A DNA stretch of 64,000 nt from Octopus vulgaris. Lineage: Eukaryota. The DNA lies in NCBI GenBank assembly GCA_951406725.2, contig OX597831.1, positions 82,522,001 to 82,586,000 on the forward strand. The letters are read 5' to 3'. A program made the translations under genes and the position numbers. The notes beneath the pieces are model-generated. The model was not told where the DNA came from and ran no database searches. It saw only the letters and a program-made list of their open reading frames with translations. Positions 11,461 to 25,160 of this stretch are shown here, one piece after another. The first letter of the stretch is position 1. The number at the start of each line of letters is the position of its first letter.

Positions 11461-14019
11461 TATAAAATGAAAAATAAAAATTAATAAACAGACATTCTGT
11501 TAGTTGAATAATCATATATTGGTGTGTGTATATATGTGTATGTAAGTATGTGTATGTGTGTGTATACACACACATATATATATGTATGTATGTATACACA
11601 CATACACATATTATGGAGTTGTGAAAGAAGAACATCAATAAATAAATATTAACTTACTCTTTTCATCTCAGGTTAGAATTTACATTTTGGCAGTGACTAG
11701 AAGAAGTCTTTCAGCCTCTAATATCGGTCGAACTGTATATTGACGGTACATTGGTACAACACAAACCCAATCAAATATTTCACACTACATTTACTCCGAA
11801 AGCATAAAATTCCTCTCAGCTCTCATGAAATCAGCAAAAATCTATAAAGGAAATTCCTTCATGGTCTTCAAAAAATTTATACAGAAATTCAGACTAAAGC
11901 AAAAATAAAGGAAAACGCTGAAATTCTAGCAGAGTATAAGGTTTCCAGAGTTGAGAATGGCAAATGAGGGGAGGGAGAGAAAAAAAAATAGAACCCCTTC
12001 CTCTTTCCACCCCGTCACAAACAAATTGGTGCCACGTTTCTTGAAGAACTCTGCTGACAAATGACCTCTTTTTTTATAGTTTCATTTTTTAAAAATAACA
12101 TCTTACCATTATTGTTGTTGTTATTATTACTACTGTTTCTCACACCAAATGTCTAAACATATTAGATTACACAATAATAATAATAATCTTTTCTACTATA
12201 GACACAAGACTGGGGAGGGGACTAGTCAATTACATTGACCCCAGTGTTTCACTGGTACTTAATTTATCGACCCTGAAAGGATAAAAGGCAAAGTCGACCT
12301 CAACAGAATTTGAACTCAATGTAAAGACGACAATGAAATATAGAAAGAAAATGGAAAAAAAAATTGGATAAAACTAAAAAGGGACCATCAATTTAAGGGA
12401 AAATATTTAAACAACAGACCATAAAGTTTAAAATAATATCTGTCTGAAACAAGAAAAGTTATTCGTTTCTTTGTTTCTCAAACAAAATTCCCTGCATAAG
12501 ATATTCATCTACAGATGACTTATTCCAGAATTATCTCTTGTTGTTTAGATTCAGGTTAGATCTGGTCCAGTAGACTTGTCATGGAGATAATGGTGTGAAC
12601 TGAAGGTCATTTGGCCATTATTTCTAGGAGTTGAAACAACCATGTTGGCTTGCATAGTTGGGCTGTCCAGTCAGTAGTCAGTATTATTTGATCAATGCAT
12701 TGTCAGGGATTGAACAAGTCCATCTAACAGTAAATAGGTACCACAGGGTGGTGCACTATAGTTTTATATTCAGTCGGATTGCTGAGCAAGAGTCAAAAGT
12801 TTTGTCTTATCATGGTGAGTTCAAATATTGAGCTAGGTAGAGTAATGGTCCCAATATTCAGAGGCTCCTTTGGTGACCCCAAGGGGTTCTTACCACTTCA
12901 TAGCATGCAGCTATACAAAGGAAAACTCTAAGTGGACACATGAACTACTAGAAATTGCAGACAAAAGAAATCGAATATCTTTGATAATGAGTCTGCTCAA
13001 TCAGGGCTGACCCAGGGTTAAACAGCTGCTATAATTGATTAACCGACACTAATTGTCATGAAAATGGAGTTGAAATAGAAGTTTAAATAGAACCAGTGAT
13101 GCAACATATTGTTTCTTGTTATCTGATATGGTGGTCACAAAAGCAGTCAGTGGGAGCACTGATACCATACACACACACATCCCAGATACTTAACTCTTGC
13201 CAACACATTCCATCTCTATATAAATAGGTCACTCAGTAATGTTGTTACATAGACATTATGTGTTTTACAAACACAAAAAAAAACAGAATGGTATATTTAC
13301 ACCCAGTAATTAACAGCCACACTTAATTACTGCTTAATTGCTTCCCCTCTAACCTGATTAGTGTAACCAGAAGAAGTCTAAGTGTATCAAGGTTTGGAAA
13401 CTCAAAGTGACCACAGTCTTCTGCCTTTGTTTGTTTGTCCATGACAGCTGGGTTAGAGGTCAGGTTTTGGAAAGATATTCTTTTCTTTGTTTCCAGCAAA
13501 TTTGGATATTTCCTAATGATTGTTGCAATCATTTTTAATGATGGATCACTTTTCTATGTACAAAATACTGGGACCTCTTCGGTAGTCATTAAAGTAGCAT
13601 CTACATGGTTGTCCAACCTGCTAGAAATACCAGCTAAATCTTTTTCAAATCACAGCCTACCACCTTTTATAAAGATGGAGAAACACACTGAAGAATGTAG
13701 TCTTACAGACACTGTGTCCAATAGATGAGCATGACTGGAAAACCTTTGGTCATAAGTCTACTTGATCAAAGCTGACCCTAGGCTAAATCACAACATCATA
13801 AGCACAACTAGAGCCATCACTCTCAGGTGAAATTCAATGTTTGGGATGCGGTCAAGTTTGGACCTCTGATCTGTCCAATCAATAGCTCTAGTCCCTCTAA
13901 ATATCAATAGTTAACAGAATAAATAGGGTCCACGCACATGCAAAGAATGAGATGCAAAAAAGACAAGAAGCGAAAGAAGTATCAACGCAATAAAAAGACA
14001 TTTGATAAGTTGTAGATAA

Positions 14020-14230
14020 TGGTTTCAAATTTTAGCACAAGGCCAGTAATTTGGAGGGAGGGGTAAGTTGATTACATCAACCCCAGTGCATGACTGATAC
14101 TTTACTGACCTCACAAGGACGAAAGGCAAAGTTGGCCTCAGTGGAATTTGAACTCAGAACATAAAGACAGATAAAATACTGCTAAGCATTTTGCCCAGCG
14201 TGCCAAGGATTTAGCCAGCTTGCCACCTTA
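14020..14230 (-). mobile_element. tRNA-derived SINE with a Meta-SINE-like central domain
   Basis: Reverse complement contains ttctgagttcaaattcc..tgaggccaactttgcctttcgtcct. Other copies near 4975-5160, 12190-12330, 37370-37560, 53145-53345 and 53378-53550 (all -), and 46170-46590 and 47285-47800 (+). The superfamily name is from recall. Confidence 0.7.
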
Positions 14231-15955
14231 AATAAGTTATATGAAGTAGAACTTCATTTTAATTAATCCTTCCTCTGTCACCAACCCTCTCGATTTCCAG
14301 GGTGGATTGGCATTGTTTTTGTCATATGACTGCCAAGTGACATTTAACCAAATTCCAGCTGTTCCACACAATAACAGCAGACATTCTACATGCTGCCTCA
14401 CCCTCTCCCTCTTCTGCTGACTACAATATATTCCATCCATTTTCAGTCTTTGTGAAGATGGTTGGAATGCAAGAGTAATGGAGGGGCAAATTGCAATGGA
14501 ATATTTGTTGTATAAATTACAATAAAACATCTTGTTTCTTGAAGAAAATGTTGTTGTTTTTTAGCCCCAGGTCAGACCTGACTGAGCAGGCCTATGATCA
14601 AAAGAGTTCCAGAAGTGATCATCCTCTGTCCTCTTATCACACAGTAAAACTTATACTTCATCTTTCTGGGTGTCTTTTATATTTTTAAGGCAAAAGGATG
14701 TGATTGGAAATTTGGTTGCTATTTCTAGCAAGTTGAGCTCCACAAATAGCACTCTTCATTAGCTTATTCATGATAATGATGATAATGATGATAGTGATGA
14801 TGGAGATGATAATACACAGTGTTGCTGATGAATAGAAGCCATTTGGGGCTGATGCAAACAGACAGACTGACAGAATTAGCAACAGTTACAAGAAGGAAAG
14901 AGTGCGGTGGTGCAATTAGAACCCTGGGGCAGGAAACTAGATTTAGTTAACATTTGATTTACGAGTAGAGCCCTTGACTATTGCAGATCTTGTTATCAGG
15001 ATTGTGGATCCCCAAAACCTAGTCTTCAGTAATGAAAAAAAGATATTAATAATGAATATCATTTTCTGATTTTTGTACAGATTGCTTTGACTTGTGAGAA
15101 CATTTCTGTTTCAATCAGCAGATGTTTGGGGAAGCTGTTTACTTTGGTGGATGGGACTAAGAGGGGTGCGAGGGAGATGAAGATGGACCAATGTTCTAAC
15201 CTCTCTCTTCTCACTGACTTATCAGTTGGGACTACAATTCCAACAGTTGAAAGCCAGCAAATGAGATCCTACAATAACACTGACCTCATTTAATCTGCCT
15301 TTCTGGGAGAAAGAATGGTATGGTGGTGGTGGTGGTGGTGATGGTGGTGGTGGTGGTGGTGGTGGTGGTGGTGGTGGTGGTGGTGGTGGTGGTGGTAGTG
15401 GTGGGGTGTGACATTTCCCTTATAATTATTAATAGCATTTATCTATCAACAATGTTTAATCATAATTATATCATTCTCTGCCTTGTTTCTGTTCAAATTT
15501 TTGTCCTTTTTGGAGTATAAAAGAGGAAAGCAGAGACAACAATTACTTACTCTCTGGAGTCTTGAATGGACCCTAACTGAGAGTGGGGTAGTGATGGACT
15601 GTAATTGTATGTGTGTGGGGTGTTATCTAGGGGTGTAATGTTAAATACCTGTCGGTAATGTCTGAGGTGATTTTTAAAAGCCTAAACAGTGGTCAGCTAT
15701 GCCTGGCCAGTTACATAGTGGCTGCTGTTCAATTCTTTTCTCTTGGAGTGGTTGGTGTTAGGAAGGGCATTCAGCTGTAGAAACCATACCAAATCAGATT
15801 GGAACCTGGTGCAGCTCCCCAGCTTGCCACTTTACAGTCAAACTGTCCAACCCATGCCAGCATGGAAAACGGACACTAAGTGATGATGATGATTTCTGTG
15901 GGTTTTCACCTGATTTTAGAAGTTATCCTTTATAGCAAACAGAGTTCATACCAGG

Positions 15956-15992
<37 letters not shown>

Positions 15993-15995
<3 letters not shown>

Positions 15996-16240
15996 TACTA
16001 ATATAGGATGAAGTTTCTTACAGAAAAAAATTTCATCAAAAAGTGGCAGCATATTAAAATACCTTTAAAGGTTAAAATTATTTCTATGCCAATATGCTGA
16101 TAACAGCATATTGGCATAGAAATAATTTTCTTTTGCCCTTGTTTATAAGTTGTTTATAATTTTAACCTTTAAAGGTATTTTAATATGCTGCCACTTTTTG
16201 AAATTTTTTCTGTAAGAAACTTCATCCTATATTAGTAGTA
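15993..16240. repeat. Fold-back cassette within (TA)n, probably a Penelope-type inverted remnant or MITE
   Basis: 15993-16099 is the near-perfect reverse complement of 16104-16240 around a 4-nt centre (ataa), apart from a 34-bp indel and small indels. Confidence 0.85.
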
Positions 16241-16246
16241 GTAGTA

Positions 16247-16285
<39 letters not shown>

Positions 16286-17454
16286 TGCTAACCTACCACC
16301 TAACTTTCCAGAAGATTTCAGAAGACAATAGTCAGAAAATAAAATTCTTGCTCTTAACACAATGTCTTCTACAGTTACCATTTTCAGAGTAACAACACAA
16401 ACATCCCTTACTGTAACCGAATCCCTGAAAGAGGGAACACAATTGACTGGATGTGAAACAACCGGTGTGACAGTGACCAATCACAAGAGACCCTATTGGT
16501 GTGACACTGACCTTTAGGCTGTATCCATGGTAACCTGTTTAAAGTTGTACAGGGTGGTGGGCGGGGGGAGAAGAGTCATTAACAGGTGGAATCTCTCCCC
16601 TCCCCACACCATACAGAACTGATTGCAATCAGGTGAAGTCTAAATTCCTTCATGAAATTGCCTTCAATTTGTTTATTTCTAACAATTGTTCCACTTTCAT
16701 GAATGAAGCATATTGGTGAATCTCATAGAGCCAATGTTTGGTAGTCACAGTTCCTCACCATTCCATCAGGCAAACAAGAATTAGATTCTCTATCATTCCA
16801 CTGGTTTCATTTTAATATTCATAAAGACAACTGTAAATAACCAACAAACATAAATGGGAAAAAAAAAAAAAGTAATAATCAAAAAATAGAATTGGGTTTT
16901 TATTAAGAGAGAAACGTACAAGGCATGGGTAGACATGAATATTCAAAGATGAGAGAATAAAATAAATGAAAGAAGAAAGGTAAAATGGGAAGAGATCAAT
17001 AATGAAAAAATAACTGGTAGACAGATAAAGAAATATTGAATAAATTTGTTACTGGAAATGAAAATAATGACCAGAATATATGTGTGGAATAATAAATGTG
17101 AAAGAATAAGAAGAGAAATGGTAAAGTAATTGAGAGAACAATGGGTGAAGAATAACAGATGTATTGAAGAGGGTACTGTCATAAGAGATTAGGAGAATAT
17201 CTTCATGAGGTTACATGTAAAAAATATAGGGGGGGAGGTTGCATATGTGTGTGTGTGTGCATATAAATATATATATATATGAACGTATATTTCCAGAGAG
17301 AGTAGAAAGCAATAAGATAGATAACAAATTTCGTTTCTTTGTTAATATAACATGAATTGTGAAAAATATTTTTAAAAAGATCTTTAACCCTTCAATGAAC
17401 ATCTTTAGGTTGTTAGACATAATTCTATTGCTTCTCCTGATGCTAAAGATTTCT

Positions 17455-17485
<31 letters not shown>

Positions 17486-20400
17486 TTGTCACTTTCGTTT
17501 TCTTTCTTTCTCTCTCTACTCTTGAAAATAAATCCGTGGAATGTTTTCTAATTCAAAGTCAAGATTCCTCTTCCACAAACTATAATATGCAATAAATGTT
17601 TGGGTTTGTATAAGTGGAATATCTGAACAGCTGCAGGCAGCAGCAGCAGCAGCAGCAGCAGCGATGCCAATGTGCGATTGGTGGCAAATGGCAGAAGAGT
17701 GTTGGAGATAAGCTCCCAGCTGTAAATAAAGATAGAATCTAGAATCGGTCAGTTTCAGCAGGAATCATATTGGAACTAAGGCCAGGCAGTGGTAAGTGTG
17801 TCTGTTGGTGTTGCCTGAGAGGAATGAAAGAGAGAGAGAGAAGGTAGGAGGGGGGGAGGGCTAACAGACTAATGTCTCACCTTGTTTACATTGAATCTCC
17901 ACCCCACCCCCACTTTTGGTTGTTTTTTTTAACATTTAGAACTGTTAACTGTTTCACTTCATACACGGTTGATGGGGGGGGGGGGAGACAAGCAAGCTTA
18001 TTATGATTCCTCCTCCTCCTCTTCTTCTTCTTGCATTAAATACAAGAAATTGTCAAAAAAGAGGGAATTAGAAATAAGGTGAAAGTTATAATTGTTGGCT
18101 CCATCAATTATTGAAGTGATAAACTTGACAAAAGTAAATTGGTTGAACAATTTAATTGCCGAGTTCCAGGGAACTATTTAAAATTATGAGAATTCTACGA
18201 AGGCACTTGGTGTTCTAGTAAAACAGGAAAAGCAGCAACAACAATCAATTCTGTGTAATTTGAAAGTTGCAGAAGAAAATTTATCAAATCAAAGATAAAA
18301 GATCTTTGATCTAAAAGTATATTTTTTCATCTAAAATTATATATTTTATCTGAAATTACACAGTAAACTGATTCATGCCATAGGCAGGGAAACCAATATT
18401 TTAGGGGGAAAGATAGGCCAAATCTATTGATTGATCTAAAGGAATCCCTCTTTTCAGCAGAAATGTCCAATAAAGGCATTGTTCATGAACAATGGTGGTT
18501 TTAACCCTGATTAAGAGAGATAAAATATAATCTAATTTTGCGCTCATTTTCAACTCTTGTGACTTTGTCTGCAAAACATAACCACGTTCCATTGTGTTAC
18601 TAATTTTCTGTGACCTCCACTGCACAATAAGAACACTGCAGGGGAGGAGGAGGAGGAGGAGGAAGAGGAATCAGCTTGTATGGCATTCAAACTTAATTAA
18701 CAACATTAATGTAATGATACTGTAAATTAAGTATTAATTATTATGATTTACTAGATTACTTTGAACATTAATTACATTTGACAGAGGGAAACTGATTTAC
18801 AGATTGGGTGTGAGGGGATGCTGTGGTGCTCATGAGTTTCCAGGAGATTTTGGCATTATTTGTTTATTAAGAGGGGAAACTCCTCACAGAAGTCCTTAAT
18901 GGGTCAGTATGATGTTTTTAATTATTTGATAAATTGAGGCATTGATGTTTAAACCTTTCATAGAAAAAAAAAAAAAAGGAGTGGTGAAAACCATGGAACA
19001 CAAATTCCTGGTTTAACTGAAGAATTTACCAAACGTTTGCCAGTGGATCTCTGCACAGGCATCCATTAAATATTTCTTCAAAACATATTTGTCTGGGAAG
19101 GTGTATGTAGTTAACAGACTGAATCAGTGTCACGACTGAAAGCAATCCTAATGGAATGTCAGGGTTGGCAGGGCTCACAGCTTGAACACATTCTGTGAAC
19201 GGAAGACGCTTCCTGGGTGGGAGTGTGTGCCTTTCGGTTTTCACAATTTTCAAGTTTAATCACAAGAAAAGAGCTGGAAAAGTAAATGAACTGGCCCAGT
19301 ATATAACTGGTATTTTATTTATCAGGACTCAGAATGACAAAAATTGAAGGTAACCTTAGCAGAATACGGACTGAAAACACTCAGCAAATAACAAAGAATA
19401 AAATATTGAACGGTTTGAGTTTGGTTTCTGATCAGGAATAGAAATATCTGAATAATGTGAATTAATGAAGTAACAGTGGTTTGAATTAAGTGAATTAGTC
19501 GTTATGTAAAGTGGCAAACTAATGTATGTTAACAAAGTTCTTATGTAAATTAACGAAATAAAGGTAAAACAAATGAACAAAGAAACAGTTGTGTAAGTTA
19601 ATGAACTAAAGTTTATGCAAATTAACGAAGGAGGTTATAATTGAAGAAATAGAATAACGAGGTTAAAAGTAAAGAAAAAGAAATCACATGAGAATGAGAA
19701 TTTGTTGTTTTTATCCGAGGTCAGCTCTAATCCAGTGGACTTATGATCAAAGTTATTCCACCCACGACCATCCTGTCATTTTGGATGATATATTCATCAT
19801 CATCATTTAACATCTGTTCTCCATGCTGGCATGGCTTGAACCTAAAACTATATTCTACATTTTGAACAGATGTAAACCATGCTAATCCTTCCAACCCATG
19901 CCAGCATGGCAAAGTGGATATAAAATGACAATGACAGATGACTATGCTGCTGCTATTGATGATGATGATGATGATACAATCATCTAATTCTTATCTGCCC
20001 AACATATTCAAATACATTTTAATGTTCTGTCACATATTGTCCACACGCTTCACTGATTTTTACCTCATTTGATACATTTTGACTAAAGTGGGAACCTCTG
20101 TGTGTGTGTGTGTGTGTATTAAAATATACACCTGTGTATGTGTGAATGCGTGTGTGTGTGTGTGTGTATGAATGTCTATGTATTTGAATATACTCTAGTT
20201 GGAGTATATGTATATGCATGTATGTATAGATGAGAAATCAGTTACAGAAATTTCAGTGAGAAGTCTCAATGTAGTCTTTCAGTTTTCAAGAAATAGCTGC
20301 CAAACCTTCCTCATATCACACCCTACCATCTTAGGAAAGGACAGTTTAGATAATGACCTGGGTCCTCTGCCATAGAAATGGTCATGGCTGGAATACCTTT

Positions 20401-21538
20401 CATAAAAAATCTGTTTGATCCAAGCTTACCTGTGGCTAACACCACCACCACCACCACCACCACTACCATCCTACCATCATCAACATCATTATGAAATTAT
20501 TAATTAGTCTTAATTAGTGAAGTTGCAAGGTTAAAAACAGAAATTAGTGGGGTAGATGTTAAGTCTGTTCCAAGTAGATGACCGATGTTTTTATAGCCCA
20601 AGTTTGACTCCAGCAAAATTTCAACTTGGAATATAAAAAAGATTTAAATAAACAACACAAGGTACTTGCTCTGGATATTTACCAATTCTTCCAATATATT
20701 ATGGAGGGGGGGGGGGAGTAAAATGAATTCCATGCCATTCTCTAAACAATTCTCTGTTTAAAATGTTAAAATTTCTTTCAGACCATAAACACACCAACAT
20801 TATCCATTTATTTATTTATTTAGTAAATCATTTGTCTTTTTGTTGGTGCCATACCATAATATAACACCCTTGAAACCTTTACCCTGCAAACAGCACAAAA
20901 TATTTGCCTTTGGTGAGGGGTTTTTTTGTTTGTTTTTGTCTTTTGCCACATACAGTTTTGCAAACAAATTCCCAATTCTGCTCAACTCTGAAAGACTGAC
21001 TTATTGGTAGAGTTCACAGAAAAATTGAATCAGCAACAACACTGATTGTGTTGCACATCATGTGAGCAAAGCACTAATGAAATAAACAGCTTAGATTTCT
21101 ATAGAGGGAGGAGGCAAGAAAAGAAAGAAAGGAAGAAAGAGTAGGATAAAGTTAGATTCTGGTTACTTTACTAGGAATTACTGGAATTTACTATTTCCAT
21201 GCAGGTTATTTCTTAAAGAACATAGAATTCAGTTGGGTATTGATTTCCATCTTTTTCTACTTTCTTATATTTTCTCTTCTTCAACATTTCTCTTCTCTTT
21301 TTCCTCAATCAAAATACAGAAATAGTTTAGAAACTTTGAATAGGAAGAAGAGAAGCTCTGAATAAATCTGGTGGTAATAGTATTTGAGACGATCCCTGTT
21401 AGATGAGGTGGGATTTGGGTAGATAAAGGGGTAGTTAGGTACGTTCATATTAACACAACCTGAAGAAAGATTTAATTTCCTATCCGCTTTCTGTGCTGGA
21501 TGAATATACTCACTCAGGTCAAACATATACACACACAC

Positions 21539-21974
<436 letters not shown>

Positions 21975-22371
21975 CTCATTACAAATACAAAAATATACAT
22001 ACATCGCATTATACAAATGAAGGGGGAGAGACAAAATCTGCGTCTACAGATATTGATACATAGTCATGTGTTTGTGTTGTATATGCACAGGTAGCTGTGA
22101 GTGTCAGGAGATGGATCCTCTTTGGTTTTGTCCATGAGTATTCTAGGGAGTATTCTAAATATTTGCTCAACTGAGCTCTCTGTAAACTGTAAGTGGTTGA
22201 GTATTTCATCTGTCTACATTCAATGTGATCTTCCATCAAAATGAGCAAGACCTTATAGAGTGACAAAGCTAGGCTTCTGAATTAAAGAAAGAGTCCATTT
22301 GAGGGCCCTTTCCATATGGTTTCAGTCAACCCAAATTCATGAGTGAAAAGGAAACTTCTTAAATCACTTAG

Positions 22372-22407
<36 letters not shown>

Positions 22408-22574
22408 GCAAACGAGCGCTTACTGTGTAGACTGGTAATTAGAACAGCTGCAGCAATATTCCCAGCTGTAGTCAGGGTTGGTGTCAAAGACATTTCATCA
22501 TAGACCATTGCCTCAAAAGCCCTCTTCAGCCCTTCTCAACATAGAATAGCGGATGAAAAAACAATGATGATTAT

Positions 22575-22605
<31 letters not shown>

Positions 22606-22834
22606 GTATGTGTGTGTGTGTGTGTGTGTGTGATTATTGTCAGCATTTAACAGCCATTTTACATGCCAGCTTGGGTTGGGTGGCTTGACAGGCTTCAGGG
22701 TCGCACTGAGCTCCACTGACAGCTTTGTCATGGTTTCGATGAGTGGATGCCCACCCTAACACCAACCACTTTACAGTGTGCATTGGGGGCTTCCTTCATA
22801 CCACCAGCATGCAAAACAAAAGAGCAAGGAAAAA

Positions 22835-22872
<38 letters not shown>

Positions 22873-22939
22873 GTATATACCTGTGTTTTTTTTTGTGTAC
22901 ATATATAGATATATATATAGGTGTATATGGAAGTGTATA

Positions 22940-22941
<2 letters not shown>

Positions 22942-22970
<29 letters not shown>

Positions 22971-23097
22971 CATACATACATACATACATACATACATACA
23001 TACATACATACATACATACATACATACATACATACATACATACATACATACATACATACATACATACATACATACATACATTCATACATACATACAT
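22942..23097. repeat. (TACA)n microsatellite
   Basis: Directly visible; a similar tract lies at 54038-54115. Confidence 0.95.
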
Positions 23098-23852
23098 GCA
23101 TGCATAAGGCTGGTCTGAAGACACTGGGCCTTATGAAGAATATGACTAAAAAGTCAAGAAGACTCTTGCACCCCAGCAGAATTATTACCAGGGCTGCTGG
23201 TAACACTTAAAAGACACCCAGTACATTCAGTGGAAAGGTTGGCATTAGGAAAGGCATCCAGCCGTAGAACGCATGCCAGAACAGACAATGGAGCCTGGTG
23301 CAGTGCCTAGCTTCAACAGCTCTAGTCAAACCATCCAACCCATGCCAGTATGGAAAATGGGTGTCAAATGATGATGATGATGATGATAATAATATACAAA
23401 AATGTTCTCACATTCCAAAAACCATTACTTAGCATTATAAAAAGACAAGGTCTGTCATCAAGGGTCTCTTACCCTAATGGCTCAGAGGGCTCAACTGCAA
23501 TTTGAGAGGGGCAGGGTTTGATTCCCTGTTGAGGCTTGTTGCCACTTTTCTGTCTTTTAAAGGATTTTACCTGATTTTCTAAGCTGTCTTCACAGCCTTT
23601 CCTGCATTTGTAAATTCCTTTATCTTCTGCAATACACACACATTGATTTTTTAAAATGGTGGTACACCCCTATCACCATCTTCCTCTAACCAGTATGATG
23701 CTCCCCATATAAGAATATATATGTGTATGCACTGAAGCAGGAGTAATCTAACCCTTCATTTTTCCTCTCTCTCTTCCTGACTTAAACTAATCCAAGATTT
23801 CCTTTGTTTTTTTTTTTATTTTATTATTTTTGTTATTTAAGTTGCTTTTCAA

Positions 23853-24148
23853 CAGAGCTTCTCAAACTTGTTGGGCCACTGCCCCCACTCATTGCCACAT
23901 AATACCCTCAGCAACCCCACCCCTATTTTTATTATTAATTTATATATTCTATGAATCATTTGATATTTAATATAATATTTAATTTGTAAACAATACTATG
24001 ATAATATTATAAATTCATAGTGTCCCCCCAATCCACTGCCTTCCCACCAATGCCTCCTTTTTCTCTACCAACCCCTTAGACATCAGCGCTCTCCTGGACT
24101 CTCTCAATGCCCACCAGGGGGCAGTAGCACCCATTTTGAGAACCTATA
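23853..24148. mobile_element. hAT-family MITE
   Basis: Imperfect TIRs CAGAGCTTCTCAAA / TTTGAGAACCTATA with an exact 8-bp flanking duplication CTTTTCAA at 23845-23852 and 24149-24156. Confidence 0.8.
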
Positions 24149-25124
24149 CTTTTCAATGTCAATTCCATTCTTCCTGAGAATTCTTGGATCTTGAGATTAT
24201 CTTCCCTCCTCCTCTTTTGGTGCCCATCTTGCCATTTGGCAAATATGACACTCAACAAGGGAAGATAGTCGTTATCAATGTTTCATTTCATAAATACATG
24301 CCACAGGTCACTCTGAGTTATTTCTTTGGCTTGTTTCTTTATTCCAAAGAATCTCTGATATAAAATAAGACCAATTTGCAGAGTTCTTTAAGCAAAAAAC
24401 TCCTGCTCTTGGATGGCAGCTTTATTATAACTTTTGGTTACTTAAAAATAGAGTTTTGTAAACATGTGTTCATTAACAGGAAAATGGTAATAATCAAATG
24501 TAGGTGCAGGCATGACTGTGAAGCCTGCTTTGCCCTGTGTGACAGCTCAGGGACAAGTGTTCTCTGCAACTGCCCAGAGCTGACCAAAGCCTTCTCAGTG
24601 GAACTGGATACAAGGCTTTGTGTCTGTCTCACCGTTGCTTGACAATTGGTGCTGCTCTGTCGACATCCCCATAACTCAGTGGTTTAGAAGAAGAAAAAAA
24701 AAATGAAAAAAAAAACTCAACAAAGTAAATAACAGACCCCCACCACCAAAAACAGAAAAAGTACCAGAACAGGTCTTCTGGGCTAAAATCCCTCGAAGCA
24801 GAACTCTGACACGTCCGCAGAACAATGATTGAAACAAGTAAAAGCTAAAAGAATGAGATGTTTATATTTAATGTTTGCTGCTGTATGTGGTTGCTCACCG
24901 TGCAAGAAATAGCAGGAAAAAAAATCCCCCCTACATCACCACATTCCTGTAATCAATGATGAAAATATGGGCTTCTTTTAATTTCCATCAACTAAATCCT
25001 CTCTACGACAGCCTCTGCGGTAGAGGACCCTTGCCCAAGGGGCCACACAATGGGACTGAGCCTAAAGCCATGAGCTTGGGAAGCAAACTTTTTACCACAA
25101 CAACAAGACCCATGTCCGAGTATG

Positions 25125-25160
<36 letters not shown>

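Noticed and set aside
17630-17797. (CAG)n tract followed by a gtaagt donor on the + strand
   Set aside because: No sustained ORF or recognisable peptide; consistent with chance.
21030-21090. Minus-strand ALL/SHDV-like codons as the next CASK exon (ALLQxHDVVA)
   Set aside because: The motifs are in different frames and both frames hit stops.
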